From: Eledone cirrhosa
Lineage: Eukaryota
DNA: 64,000 bases
Assembly: GCA_964016885.1 (NCBI GenBank)
Contig: CAXHJY010000343.1
Span: 62,001-126,000, forward strand
Direction: 5' to 3'
This document shows positions 38,051 to 52,534 of this stretch, piece by piece. Each line of letters begins with the position of its first letter. The stretch's first letter is position 1. A model generated the notes under the pieces. It ran no database searches and had not been told where the DNA came from. It was given only the letters and a program-made list of their open reading frames with translations. The position numbers were made by a program, and so were the translations under genes.

Positions 38051-39661
38051 GATGCAATGTATATGTATTTTCCTAGCTTTATTCTTCTTTCTTTTTTGAG
38101 TAAATTATTTTCATAATATATTAATTAAATTATATATATCTCCTGAAATTCAATCTATTTTTGTTAAGTAAAGAGTTACATTTGAGGAATTTGTCCAGTC
38201 TGTGATTCCATATTTTTGTTATTTTCCCATCTAAATATCTGTTAAGAACACCATATGTAATGATATCTTGAAAGTAGTTAGAATAAATCAAACACAAACA
38301 CTTCATTGGTATTTGAAATGTTTAAAATTCTATTGAACTTTGTTGTTTTTAAAACTTGTGAGGCCCCAAGAGGTTTTAATGTCTACTTCAACACATCTCC
38401 CTCACTATCTTCCAGGTTAACCCTTTCTCCATTCTGTCCTTAGCCAGGAGCATGAGGTAACTGGTACCTGGGTTTCTGCAGGCCAGAGAGAATTTTGAGA
38501 CACTGTCTTGGCTGGTATCATTGGGGTAGTGATAGTATAGGTTACTGAGTGTTGTTAGACACAGTAAATAATGGTATTTGATGTAGGCACAGGCCCAATA
38601 ATATTGAGCGTGGGGAAAGTTAAATCAATCTCAGTGCATTACTGGTTCTTTATTATATCAACCCCGTATGGATGAAAGGCAAAGCTACCCTCCACATAAT
38701 TTGAACTCAGAATGTAACAGGACATAACTATATGATGCAAAGATTGTTGTCTGGCGCTCTACCGATTATTGCCAATTTACTGCACTAGCCACACTAAATA
38801 AAAGTATTTTGAGAAAGTTGAAGCAACAAACTTGTTAAATCTCTATTGATTTGTAAATTAGGCTCAAGACCACCAATTTTGGGGGAAGGGTAAAGTTTAT
38901 TAAATCAATGGTAGTACATATAATATATTTTATCTAGCCTAGAAGAATAAAATATAAAGTTTACCTCAGTGGGATTTGAACTCAGAATATTAAAAACCAG
39001 GACAAATACTGCAATGGTAGGTTATCTGATACTCTACCAATTCTGTCATTCTACCATCTTTGTTTAAATCTATATTAAAGTAAATGTAGAATATATTTGT
39101 CCTTCTACCATTTGAAATTCTACTGAAATCATCTCAGAACAACACAGTAGTGTTTCAATAGAGCTGTTATTTATTAAATCATTTATTTAAACCGTCCGTA
39201 TCTGGCCAGAATTCTCTGACATTTTCTGTTCTAACTGGCCCTAACAAGCCGCTCATGCTGATGTTAAGGTATTGTTCCCAAAATAAATAATATCAAAATC
39301 TCATAGATACAATATTTTGTGAGATAATTATGTTTACTGGGAAAATATAACAGTAAATATAGAGTAACGTTAATGATAAAGGCTTAACTAAACCTAGAAG
39401 AAAAGCAGACGTTACTGGATATTAATTCAGTGATTAGTGCTAAGGGAGACAACACCGCCTGGCTTAAATTAAGTCCCAGGTTGGTATGGTCAAGTAAACT
39501 TATAATTAAAGGTTTTCCTGCCGTGACAATAAACTATAATGGCATATATATGTGTGTGTGTGTATATATATATATATATTAGTAATAAACGGAAGATATA
39601 TACTTTATATCATCTCTTTATTTCATTATATATATTTCGAAGATGCAAAGTTTTATGTATA

Positions 39662-39751
39662 ACAGGAAGCAACACATGTTCTCCTTAGAGAAAATACAGA
39701 GAAATTGTATAATTTGGACAGATCAGTGACTAGCAGGCATACATATGTATG

Positions 39752-39799
<48 letters not shown>

Positions 39800-39890
39800 C
39801 GTATATATATGCCTGCTAGTCTACCAACATAGGAAAAAATTATACATTTTCTATGTATCTTCTCTAAGGAGAACATGTTTTGCTTCCTGT
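39662..39890. repeat. Fold-back inverted repeat centred on (TA)n
   Basis: acaggaagcaacacatgttctccttagag...gactagcaggcat / atgcctgctagtc...ctctaaggagaacatgttttgcttcctgt. Confidence 0.85.
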
Positions 39891-40060
39891 ATATATATAT
39901 ACTCAAATAATGAATTAAAACACATCAAATATGTTTAGAATTTTGTGTTACTCAATAAGCAAGATCAATAGATTTTATCTAGAGCCATAACGACCAAATA
40001 CAAAGATATATGTATATATATATATATAGAGAGAGAGAGACATAACAACCAAATATAAAG

Positions 40061-40091
<31 letters not shown>

Positions 40092-40109
40092 CATAACAAC
40101 CAAATATAA

Positions 40110-40176
<67 letters not shown>

Positions 40177-40372
40177 TAACAACCAAATACAAATATAAAT
40201 ATATATATAGAGCGAGAGAAAGGGCCATATATCATATATCCTATACAATATGTGACTCTTTCTCTCTGTATATATAACCAAGTGAAAAGATATATGTATA
40301 TATCTTTTCACTTGGTTATATATATATTATAAGAACAGATTAAAGTTTAAGCAAAGAATCACTGCTTTCACC

Positions 40373-40778
40373 TCTGGAGAGGTTTGGGGAGTATGTGTGT
40401 GTTTTTGTAGGATGTTAGTCATGGTAAGTTTTAACTGTGAGAGTTTATTCTCGAGATCCTACGAAAACACACACATACTCACCACAACCTCTCCAGACCA
40501 CAACTTGCTACCCTAAGTTAACCTCAGATCTAAGAATCTTGTATACTTCTCATCGGACAAGGGAAAATAATTTTGTTATTACCAGAGAGGCCTACAACAA
40601 CCGAGCCCACCAATATCTCAACTACGACAGTCTCTACTCGGACGTCACTGGAATTACACCCACACTGATAGAGAACCAGATCAACACTGCCTCGACCAAC
40701 ATCTCGAAGGCTCCTGAAGAGATTCCGGTAGAATTACATAACAAGAAACAGCAGACTGCCCAACTTCTGCCATCTGAT
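40373..40778 (+). mobile_element. Penelope-like element fragment (region around the DKG motif) with an inverted 5' segment
   Basis: NLRSKNLVYFSSDKG, frameshift, then NFVITREAYNNRAHQYLNYDSLY, resembling the PLE 'DKG..vi..r..Y' motif. 40373-40413 is inverted relative to 40456-40497. Confidence 0.55.
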
Positions 40779-41250
40779 CATTTTACAGGACAGGAAAATG
40801 TTTTTTTAATCAGAAATCTGTGAATAATTAGTTTTTACTAAATTTTCTTGACTTTATTTGACAACTAAAGTACGTATTATTTCATTTTCCATCACAACAC
40901 AAACATTGTGAACTTTTTAGTATCTAAAGTGAAATATCTTGATTATTACAACACGTACACACATATTTCTACACACACGTCTATTTCTCTCTCTCATACG
41001 TAAACACTGTATGTCTGTATATATATATATATATGTGTATATATATTAACCTTCATCTTTTGAAATTATGGATATTAATTCTCTTGTCACCTGAACTGTC
41101 CTCAATAACAAGAACCTTAACTATAGAAGTTTATTCGTCGGTTTTGGGAGCTGAGGATTTTAGTATGAATAGAGCTTCTCTCACTTTAGCAAAAATAATA
41201 GTGGTATACTCCACAATAATCACTTATATATATGTATATATATATATATA

Positions 41251-41435
41251 AAGCACCCAGCACTCACTGTAAATGAGGTTGGTGTTAGGAAGGGCATCCA
41301 GCTGTAGAAATCAAGCCAGAATCAGTTCCCGTATGAGCAAGACAAGGTCAGCTGACCGGACACTGCCCACAGCAGGACAACACATCTAACCCATGCTAGA
41401 ATGGAAGAACGGACCTAAAACGGTGATGATGATGA
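41251..41435 (+). mobile_element. RTE 3' tail insertion upstream of ZNF A'
   Basis: RTE 3' UTR plus (gat)n; absent at the equivalent site upstream of B' (49321-49335). Confidence 0.85.
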
Positions 41436-41676
41436 TATATATATATAAGCACTTGCTTTTTTTCTCTAAGATCAGTCTTATGCTGTCATATGTCTTATTA
41501 CTTGTACCAACTGAATGCTACATTACAACTTTGTAGAAGAAGAAAGCGGAGTTCTGCAGTCTTTTATGGACCCTTTGTATATTAGACTACATGGTATCTA
41601 TTAACCATATCTACATATCTTAATGTATCAGTAGAAGTGGTGAGAATCCTTTATGTAAAGATCACTAGCTAGAAAT

Positions 41677-41928
41677 ATGTCTGAATATAGCTGTGAGATT
41701 TGCAGGAAAACTTTCTCTTCAAAACTGAAACTATCCTCACACGAGAAAATACACACTGGAGAAAAACCCTTCCACTGTGAAATATGTGGGAAATCTTTTA
41801 CTGATAATTCTAATCTTGTCATCCACATACGGAGTCACACTGGAGAGAAACCCTTCCATTGTGAAATATGTGGGAAATCTTTCACATGGAATTCTTCGCT
41901 GGTTGTTCACAAATGTAGTCAACACTAG
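41677..41928 (+). CDS. Short C2H2 zinc-finger ORF, locus A', 3 fingers (83 aa)
   Basis: Same first finger and terminal ...VVHxxSQH finger as B/B', with the internal fingers lost. May be a pseudogene. Confidence 0.6.
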   Translation: MSEYSCEICRKTFSSKLKLSSHEKIHTGEKPFHCEICGKSFTDNSNLVIHIRSHTGEKPFHCEICGKSFTWNSSLVVHKCSQH

Positions 41929-43529
41929 TGATAAACCCCATCACTGTGAAATGTGAAACACACAAATATACAGACACACTCTGGAAAGAAGAAAATAAAT
42001 ATATATATGTGTGTTTGTCTGTGTGTGTATATATATACATATATAAATATATATATTGCTACTGAGGATAGGATGACCTGATGAGCTGCCTCCTGTGGTA
42101 GATACCTAAACATTGTAAGACCCTAGTGGGATGACTGAGATTGACCTACATAGATCAGATGTCACAGGATGTCCAGCTGGAGATTAATGATCTCAGGAAT
42201 GCCATGGAAGATCATGACATCTAAAAAAGAAGTGTAGAATTGTTCTGGCCAATCCACCTGACCTAATAAATGATAATAATAATAAGATATATTGATGAAC
42301 ATTTATTATGGTGAAATATGTTGAAAATCATTCTCAGATGTTTTGTATTGTAATCCACAATGAAGTTCTACTTCATATTATTTGGCATTAAGGTTTCTTA
42401 TAGAGACTCCTCATTTCATTGTTGAGGGTGGTGGATTGGCAGAATCAGTAGAGTGTCAGACGATATGCTTTGTGTCATAAAGTTACATTCTGTATTAAAA
42501 TCCTGCTGAGGTTAGCTTTACTTTTCTTCCTCAGAGGTTCAGTAAAATAAAGTACCAGTAATGCACTGGGGTTGAGTTAAAAGTAGAAACAGTTATTTAA
42601 AGTCTATAAAACAATAGATAGAATGCTTTCTGCCATATTTGTTCTGGTTCTCTGCTCTGAGTTTAAATCCTGCTGAGGTCAACTTTGCCTTTCATCCATT
42701 CAAGGTTGATAACAAAAAAGTACCAGTCTACCACTGGGGTCTGTTCTTCCTCTCCATATTTCTTTCTCACTTCCTCTCTCTCATTCTCTCTCCTTCTCTG
42801 GAAGAAATCAACTGTTCAAACCTGGTGAGTGAAAGCTCCACCAAGCTTCAAATGTCCACAGTGGCACCCTTATAACTACATCATAAAAAAAACAACAAGA
42901 TCAATGTGTTTATTTTATAAACCTTAACTGTTTTATATTCATATTTGTGACAAAATATCTACATTTATGTGTAAATAAAAACAATTCTATAACTTTAATA
43001 TTTGTTGATGGTACTTTCATGAGAATTCAAATTATGACTTTTTAAAAAATAATTTACATTTGAAAATACTTTACAATTTTCTTCTCTTTTTCTTCACCCA
43101 TTCCTGAGAGGGTTGTAGGGGTTAGACTCCTCACACACCCCTTCTACGTGCTATGTTTGTAAAATTTCTCCTATACACTACACACACAACAACACATCAC
43201 TCTGCACACACACACCACATCAAAACACCACAATACACCACATACCAAACCACAACAGACACATCATTCCACACCACACCACATACAAACCATGTAGTTA
43301 TACCAACCCAGTATCTTGGTTTTAGTGATATTTGTGTAACAAATCTCAACATCCCAGACCTTAGCAAGTGGAGTGGAACTCATCAGATTGGACATTAAAT
43401 GATGAGCTGTGACATCATTGGTGTCAATCTGTTTCAGCCATTCTTTGACCAACATTATATATAGTGTATGTATGTAATATATATATATATATAGAAATCA
43501 TATATATATATATATACAGTATTTATATG

Positions 43530-46500
43530 TTCAAGAGAGTAGGTGGAGGGGTGTGTGGGTAAAAACAATGCTATAAACCTCTGGGTGGGAAATGACATAG
43601 GGCTGGGTGGAGTAGGAATTATGTTAGCAGAGAAATGGGTAGATAAGGTAATTGCCATAAATAGAGTTAACAACAGAATAATTAAAATAAGACTAGTTCT
43701 AAATAGAACAACTATGACAATAATATCCACTTATGTACCCCAATCTGGTCTACCTGACGTAATAAAAGACAGGTTCTATGATTTGCTAATGTTCACTTCC
43801 TCCCAAATAAACCTCAGTGACTGCATAATTATTGCTGGTGACCTAAATGGTCACGTTGGACAACATAGTGATGGCTATGATGGAATCCATGGAGGCTATG
43901 GGTTTGGTACTAGAAATGAGGAAGGCTTCAGGATCCTGGAATTTTGTGACACTAATAACCTAACTATCTGTAACACAAACTTCAAAAATGAGAAAATCAC
44001 TTGATCACCTGTAGATCAGGGGAATATGCCAGCCAGATATATTATATCCTTACTAGAAGGTGTGACTGTGTCTGTTGTAAACACTAAATCCCTCCCCCGT
44101 GAAGAATGCACCTCCCAACATAGCCTAGTAGTTAGTTACCTCAAAGTCAGGAATAGAGGTACTCGACGACAGAGGAGGCCTACCTTGAGGAGAAGAGTAT
44201 GGAAGTTGAAGGACCCCATAGCCAGTGACAAATTTAAAAGCTTATTGATGCCTTTGACAATAAGGAAGAGCAATTAGAGACGTGCAATATAGAGGAACAG
44301 TGGGACTTCTTGAAAGTTAACCTGCTGCAGGCGACAGATGAAATCTGTGGCTGGAGCAGACCTAAAGGCAGGTGGAGAGTAACTTGGAAGTGGAACAGTA
44401 AGGTGGAGGAGTCAATCAAGGCCAGAAAGAAGGCTTGGAAAGTATGGGGGAAGTAGAGAACACTATCATGTGGCCAGGAGAGAAGCTAGGAGACAAGTGT
44501 ACTCTGCAAGAAGGGAAGCAGAGAATAGAAAGTTCAAGCATGTTCTACAACGTGAGGTGTTCAGGATCGCAAAAGAAAGTGTCAAGGAAAACCGTGATAT
44601 TGTTGGGGAGAAGTGTGTCTGTAATGATGATGGTGTACTTGCCCTCACTGATACTGATAAGAAGGTAGCTTGGAAGTGTCACTACGAGAGGCTACTAAAT
44701 GAGGAGAATAAATGGGAAAAAGATAGTCTGCCCCAAATCGATCCAATAGAGGGACCAGCAGTGCAAGTTAATGGTAGTATAGTAAGTAAGGCAATCAAAG
44801 ATATGAAGACGGGCAAGGCAGCTGGGATTTGGAGATAGTTGTTGAGATGTTGAAAGCATCTGGAATTGTGGGACATACTATGGACACCCAGATAGTAAAC
44901 CAAGTAATACAGAATGGGGTCATACCAGATGACTGGCATAGAAGTATCATCGTTAACTGCTACAAGGGTAAAGGGGATGCTCTAGATAGGGGAAACTATA
45001 GAGGCATTAAGGTAGTTGACCAGGTCATGAAGGTCACAGAAAGAGTTATAGCACAACTAATCAGAGACCAAATAGATCTAGATGAAATGTAGTTTGGGTT
45101 CGTGCCAGGTAAAAGTACCACAGATGCTATTTTCCTTGTTCAGCAACTACAGAAGTACCTAGCTAAAAGTAAACTCCCTTATATTTAGCTTTTGTTGACT
45201 TGGAGAAAGCCTTTGACAGAGTCCCCCGCTCCATTATCTGGTGGGCCCTTAGAAATGTAAGAGTAGATGAATGGCTTGTGAGAGCTAGACAAGCCATGTA
45301 TAAAGAAACAGTCAGTAAGGTTAGAATTAACAATGAACATAGTGTAGAATTTAGTGTAAAAGTAGGTGTTCAGCAAGGCCCCATCCTTAGCTTCCTCCTG
45401 TTTATTATTGCCCTTCAAGCTATAACAGAGGGGTTTAAGACCAGCTGCCCACGGGAACTTCTATATTCAGATGATCTAACTCTCCTAGCCAAATCTATGG
45501 CTGAACTACACAAGAAATTCCCAAAATGGAGGCATAGCCTTGAATCAAAAGGCCTTAAAGTTAACTTGTCTAAGACTAAAGGTTTAGTATGTAGAAAAGA
45601 AAATAGGGCACTGGTGCCATGCACTGTGTGTAGGAAAGGAGTAGGTATAAATTCCATTCTATGTCCCAAATGCAAACTATGGGTACATAAAAGATGTAGT
45701 GAGATCACAGGTAAGCTATCTAAGAACGTAGATTTTATATGTGGCCGATGCTCATGTGATATAAGCAGCAAGTACCCACAGGATACTAGCACCTTCTACT
45801 GCCCAGATGGTTCTATAGAAATAGTGACAAAATCAGCAGTGGTGGAGGGTGCTCTGAAAGTGTAGTAGCCAGAGTTAGAATGGGATGGATAAAGCTCAGA
45901 GAGCTAATACCGCTGCTAGACACAAAAAGTTTCTCTCTAAAAATGAAAGGCAGATTGTATGATGCTTGTATACGAACAGCAATGTTACATGGCAGTAAGA
46001 CATGGGCATTGTGTGAGAGGACCTGCGCAGATTGGAAAGGAATGAGGCATGCATGATCTGTTGGATGTGTAATTGTAAGATACATGAAGGGCAAAACATA
46101 AAGGAACTAAGTGAGAATTAGGAATAAGAGGGATCAGATGCTGTTTACTTGAGAGAAGATTACGTTGGTATGGTCATGTGATGCGCATGAAAGATGACAG
46201 CTTTATAAAAAAGTGCAGGGTGATAAAAATTTGATGGAAGTTATGGAGTAGGTAGACCCAGAAAAACTTGGGACGACATAAAAATCCAACTTTGCACACT
46301 TACACCTCTCTTAGACAATGTCACTGGATCGAGATCTATGGCACCACACAGTAACAGAGAAGACCTGCCTTCCCTACGTGCAAAGGTAACCTACAGTCAG
46401 TAGGCCCCTCCTAACCAAATATACACCCAACCCACCACCCCTACTGCATCCTCCCACTCCCACCAACACCACCCTGTCTCTGTAAAGTTATGTTGGTACT

Positions 46501-46740
46501 ACAACATGCAGTCCAACCTAAAGAGGTAGTGTAGGTGTCATCACAAAATGGTTCCCAGTGCACACTGGAAATGTGGTTGGTGTTAGGAAGGGTATCCAGC
46601 TCTAGAAAACCTGTCAGCTACAGTCCTATACGAGTGAGACACTGTCACCCGATCAATCTTGCCTCAAGTGGGACAATTCCCGTCTAACCCATGCTAGCGT
46701 TGAAGATAGACATTAAATGATAATGATGATGATGATGATA
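43530..46740 (+). mobile_element. Nearly complete, frameshifted RTE LINE (APE endonuclease plus RT plus 3' UTR)
   Basis: GVGIML...YVPQ...AGDLNGHVG...NEEG (APE); LEKAFDRVP, GVQQG, LLYSDD (RT); (gat)n tail at ~46720-46740. Confidence 0.95.
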
Positions 46741-48175
46741 TATAGTGTATATAATAGTTGTAATGTCACTGGTGCTGATCTATATCAGCCTTTCCCTTGG
46801 ACAACATGACATATAGTCTATATATATTGGACAATATTATATATAGTGTATATTTGGTGTATATAGTAGTTGTGAAAATATTCTATATACATATGTACAC
46901 ACACACTGACAAACATGTATATACTTATAGAAGGGTCGGATGAGGAGTTCAAAGGCTGACCAAGTTACTCTCATGGAATGAGACAATGTATACACAAATA
47001 TATACTATATATATGTATACAAACACATATATATTGTATAGTGAAGTCATACAACATATGGTAATATCATGTTTTCAATTGTCAGTTAGGGAGGTACATT
47101 GTGTCCTTAAGCAAGACACATCATTCCACATGTCTCTAATCTCCACAGCTGAAAAAGACAAGTAGCAGCTTTAGTTGGAGGTTTAGCATGGGTTGGATCA
47201 TTCTCTGCCTCCAACATTTTCCCTGCAGCCACAAACCCAGGCTTTACTACCTGCAATAGAGAGAAGAGGGAGATAGTTAAATACCGGGGCCTGACTCACC
47301 ACTTCCTCTCTGTCCCCACACTGCTGATTTCCTCCTCAAAATTAGAAACACAGCAGCCCACTTGAGGAAGTAGTCCCATGAGGTGGGGTGGATGTTGTAG
47401 TGGGTGACTCTGGCTATTCTCTGTGGTAAACAACCTTTGTCATTTTGTCTGTAGGGTGGGGCTACATCACAGCTCAGACTGAAATATAAAGTCTGTCCCT
47501 CTCCCGTTATTTTCGTTGGATTGGCAGTATCGGCAGAGCGTCGGACGCCATGCATTGTCGCATAGAGTTACCTCCCTTTATGATCTGAGTTCAAATCCCC
47601 GCCGGGGTTAACTTTGCTTTTCATCCTTGCGAGGTCTAAAACAGAAACAATTATTTTCGTTGTTTGATTCGTTTTTTTTTTCCATTACTTAAATATTTTA
47701 TTACCTTTAATAATGTGTCTTGGTTTAATATGAACAGTTATATAAAATTAATAACGTTATTTATTCAAATCTGAATAAAGTACTAGCATATCTATTGAAC
47801 GTATGAATCTAAACTATAATAAAAGGAGGAACACGGGACTGCGTACGGTTTATAATTTGTTATCCCATTAGTAACATAAGTTGGATTACTTTGAATAAAT
47901 AATGAATGAATATTACATAATTTATCTACTAAATTTCGTGGCTGTTGATTAAATATATTTTGTTTATTTAAAGATTCACTTCTTTAAAATTTCTGAAAGG
48001 TCAACACTTCCGGTTGGCCATCACTTCAATAAACTATTAATTTTCTGTCACTAAATTTCTCCTAATGCAGTTTATATATAATATCGTCTTTTTTAATGTA
48101 ACATGGATTACGTTACTGATTACATAAGACAGTGTAACACAGTCTTCGTTCAATTTCTGTGTATTATATATTGTC

Positions 48176-48330
48176 AAGGCGGTGGATTGGCAGTATTGGT
48201 AGAGGGTCGGACGCCATGCTTTGACGCATAGAGTTACGGCCCTTGCCATTCTGAGTTCAAATCCCGCCGAGGTTAACTTTGCCTTTCATCCTTACGGGGT
48301 CGATAAAATAAAGTACCAGTAATACACTGT
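48176..48330 (+). mobile_element. Octopus-type tRNA-derived SINE (partial second copy 47515-47640)
   Basis: ggcggtggattggcag...gagttcaaatccc (B box)...gcctttcatccttacggggtcgataaa. Confidence 0.8.
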
Positions 48331-49556
48331 GGGTTTGCTCGTCTTGTGCCTAACGTAGAAACAATTATATGTTGTAAATTATGATTTTATTTGATGTATC
48401 ATATCTACATGTATATATATACTTGCGTATAATATCAATATACACACTACACATGCTAGCAGAAAACCACACGAAGGTAGCATGTGTAGTGTGTATATTG
48501 ATATTTTACGCAGGCATATATATACATGTATCATATATACCTGCGTATAATATCAATATACACACTACACATGCTACCTTCGGGTGGTTTTCTGCTAGTT
48601 CATATAACGGAAGTTGTTGCTGAATGTATTAAATTATATGGGGGACTTTTAAGTCATGACACCGGTGTCAACCGGACGGTGAAGTATTACCATTTATATC
48701 AGCTCCATTGTTACAACTTAAACCTCATCTAATTTTATCTTTTATGGTGATTATTTCATATTAAGGTGGACGTTAATGTTTGTAAATAACATAAGGTGAC
48801 TTATTTACCTTATAGTTGTTGTTTTATCACCTGTATTATTAAATATTGAAGGGGTTGTTCAACATTTTACAGGACAGGAAAATATTATTTTAATCAGAAA
48901 TCAGTGAATATTTAGTTTTTACTAACTTTTCTTGACTTTATATTTGGTCTTGACAACTAAAGTACGTATTATTTCCTTTTCCACCTCAACACAAACATCG
49001 TGAACTTTTCTATCTGAAGTGAAATATCTTGATTTATTACAACACCTACACACATATTTCTACACACACACACACACGTCTATTTCTCTCTCTCATACCT
49101 ACACACTGTATGTCTGTATATATATATGTATATATATTAACCTTCATCTTTTGAAATTATGGATATTAATTCTCTTCTGACCTGAACTGTCCCCAATAAC
49201 AAGAACCTTAACTATAGAAGTCTTATTCGTCAGTTTTATGAGCTGAGGATTTTATTGTGAATAGAGCTTCTCTCACCTTAACAATAATAATAGTGGTATA
49301 TTCCACAATAATCACACACATATATATAAGCACTTGCCTTTTCTTCATCCAAGATCAGTCTTATACTGTCACATGTCTTATTACTTGTACCAACTAAATG
49401 TTACATTACAACTTTGTAGAAGAAAGCGGACTTCTGCAGTCTTTTATGGACACTCTGTATATTAGAATAGATGGCATCTATTAACGATATCTACATTTCT
49501 TAATGTATCAGTAAAAGTAGTGAGAATCCTTTATGTAAAGATCCCTAGCTAGAAAT

Positions 49557-50318
49557 ATGTCTGAATATAGCTGTGAGATTTGTAGGAAAACTTTCCCTTC
49601 AAAACTGAAACTATCCTCACACGAGAAAATACACACAGGAGAAAAACCCTTCCATTGTGAAATATGTGGGAAATATTTTGTCTTGAACAGAAATTTAAAA
49701 TGGCATATAAGAACACACACTGGAGAAAAACCTTTTGCATGTGAAATATGTGGGAAATCCTTTTCTTCTAATTTTAATCTTGTAGTTCACATAAGAACAC
49801 ACACAGGAGAGAAACCTTATTCATGTAAAATATGTGGGAAATCTTTTTCTTGTAATTCTAGTCTTGTAAAACACATCAGAACACACACAGGAGAAAAACC
49901 TTTTGCATGTGAAATATGTGGGAAATCTTTTTCTTGTGGTCCTCATCTTGTAGATCACAAAAGAATACACACAGGAGAGAAACCCTTCCATTGTGAAATA
50001 TGTGGGAAATCTTTTTCTCAGAGTTCTACTCTTGTAGATCACAAAAGAATACACACAGGAGAGAAACCTTATTCATGTGAAATATGTGGGAAATCTTTTT
50101 CTCAAGGTTCTAGTCTTGTACGTCACAAAAGAATACACACAGGAGAAAAACCCTTCCATTGTGAAACATGTGGGAAATCTTTTTCTAGTAATTCTACACT
50201 TGAAGATCACAAAAGAATACACACAGGAGAAAAACCTTATTCATGTGAAATATGTGGGAAATCTTTCTCTCAGAATTTGTCACTGGTTGTTCACCTACGT
50301 AGTCAACACTTGCAATAA
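49557..50318 (+). CDS. C2H2 zinc-finger protein, locus B', 9 fingers (253 aa)
   Basis: Intact ORF from MSEYSCEIC to LRSQHLQ*. Confidence 0.9.
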   Translation: MSEYSCEICRKTFPSKLKLSSHEKIHTGEKPFHCEICGKYFVLNRNLKWHIRTHTGEKPFACEICGKSFSSNFNLVVHIRTHTGEKPYSCKICGKSFSCNSSLVKHIRTHTGEKPFACEICGKSFSCGPHLVDHKRIHTGEKPFHCEICGKSFSQSSTLVDHKRIHTGEKPYSCEICGKSFSQGSSLVRHKRIHTGEKPFHCETCGKSFSSNSTLEDHKRIHTGEKPYSCEICGKSFSQNLSLVVHLRSQHLQ

Positions 50319-50415
50319 ACCCCATCACTGTGAAATGTGAAACACACAACTATACAGACACACTCTGGAAGGAAGAATATACAATGTGAAGCTTGAAAAA
50401 TCCTTATCTTATACT

Positions 50416-50912
50416 TATCATCATCACCGTTTTACCTCCATTCTTCCATGCTAGCATAATGTAGATGGGTTGTCCTGTTGTGGGCAATGCCAGGTCGGGT
50501 GACCCTGTCTTGCTCATATGGGAACTGATTTTGATTTGATTTCTACAGCTTGATGTCCTTCCTAACACAAAACCTCATTTACTGTGAGGGCTAGGTGCTT
50601 TTTTTACTATGGTGCCTACACAGCCACTTTACAATGTGGGCTGGGTGATATTTTGTCAACCACTTTGCAGTGGGTGGGGATGGGTACATATTTGTCTATA
50701 TGCTTCAGCTTCGGCTTGTAGTCGGGTCTTCTGTATTACTTCATGATGCCAGAGGGCACCGTCCTGCGTCATCGCCTTTGAGAGGTGCAATTGGGCAAGG
50801 TCAGCTTTTATCACCTCATCCCGGGTCTTCTTTGATCTCCCCACTCCATGGCTTCCAGCGACATTTAGTGCTCTGCACCTTTTAATGCAGCTGTTATCCT
50901 TCATATGCATCT
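50416..50912 (-). mobile_element. RTE LINE 3' fragment (mirror of 17450-17897)
   Basis: ORF 50656-50910 is nearly identical to 17451-17639. Confidence 0.9.
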
Positions 50913-52534
50913 ATATATATATATACTCTATCAAATGGAAGAAGTATACTGCCATATATTGAAGATTACTACAATATCTAGGGAGCGAAGGACAATATAT
51001 GCCAGACATTCCTACCAATGAATTGATGAGCTGGCTCCTGTGGTGGATACCTAAACATAGTAAGACCCTAGTGAGATGACTGAAAATGACCTACATAGAT
51101 CAGATGTCTAGGGATGTTCAGGTAGGGATTAATGATCTCAAGAATGCCACAAAATAATAATATATATTAATGAACATTTATTATGGTAAAATATGTTGGA
51201 AATTATTCTCAGGTTTTGTATTGTAATCCACAAATACACTCTGTAGAAAGTTCTACTTCATATTTGTCATTAAGGTTTCTTATAGAGACACAATCTTATT
51301 TTATTGGTGATGGTGGTGGATTGGCAGAATCAGTAGAGTGTCAGACGATATGATTTGTGTCATATAGTTACATCCCTTTACGTTCTGTATTAAAAACCTG
51401 CTGAGGTTAGCTTTACTCTTCTTCCTCAGGTTCAGTAAAATAAAGTACCAGTAATGCACTGGGGTTGAGTTAAAAGTAGAAACATTTATTTAAAGTCTAC
51501 AAAACAATGGATGGAATACTTTCTGCCATATTTGTTCTGGTTCTCTGCTCTGAGTTTAAATCCTGCTGAGGTCAACTTTGCCTTTCATCCATTCAAGGTT
51601 GATAACAAAAAAGTATCAGTCTACCACTGGGGTCTGTTCTTTCTCACTTCCTCTCTCTCATTCTCTCTCCTTCTCTGGAAGAAATCACCTGTTCTAACCT
51701 GGTGAGTGAAGGGCTCCACCAAGCTTCAAATGTCCACAGTGACACCCCTATGACTCCATCAGTGCAAGAAAAACAAAACAAGATTGATGTGTTTATATGT
51801 GTTATTTTACAAACACTAACTGGTTTATATTTATATTTATGACAAAATATCCACATTTATGTGTAAATATAAACAATTTTATAACTTTAATATTTGTTGA
51901 TGGTACTTTCATGACAGTTGAAATTATGACTTTTTTTTAGAAATAATTCACATTTGAAAATACTTTACAACTTTCTTCTCTTGCCAAACAAGGGTTTGGT
52001 AGGACCCTTCAGTTGTGTCAAAGACATAACAACCTCTTTAGTACTGGTGCCCCAGTAGAATGTGGGACAAAATGTAAGAGAGATGTGGTCTACCACTGCA
52101 CCCTGGTTTGTAAAGACCTGTCCCACCCTTGCTAGCAGGGAAAGTAGACATTAAATGATGATCTATGATGTCATTGGTGCCAAGTTGTTTCAGCTATTCC
52201 CTTGGACAACATTATATATAATGTGTATGTAGTATATATATAGTTTATATATTGTCTATATGTAGCATATACTCTATATATGCAGTATTTATATATAGTG
52301 AATATATTGTGTATATGTAGCCCGTACATATTATTTATATGTTTATATATAGTGTATATATTGTGTATATGTAGCACCTACTCTATATACATAGTATTTA
52401 AATGTAAATATATAGTGTATATATTGTGTATATGTAGCACATACACTATATACATAGTATTTATATGTATATATATAATGTATATTTTGTGTATATGTAG
52501 CATGTACGCTATATACATAGTATTTATATGTATC

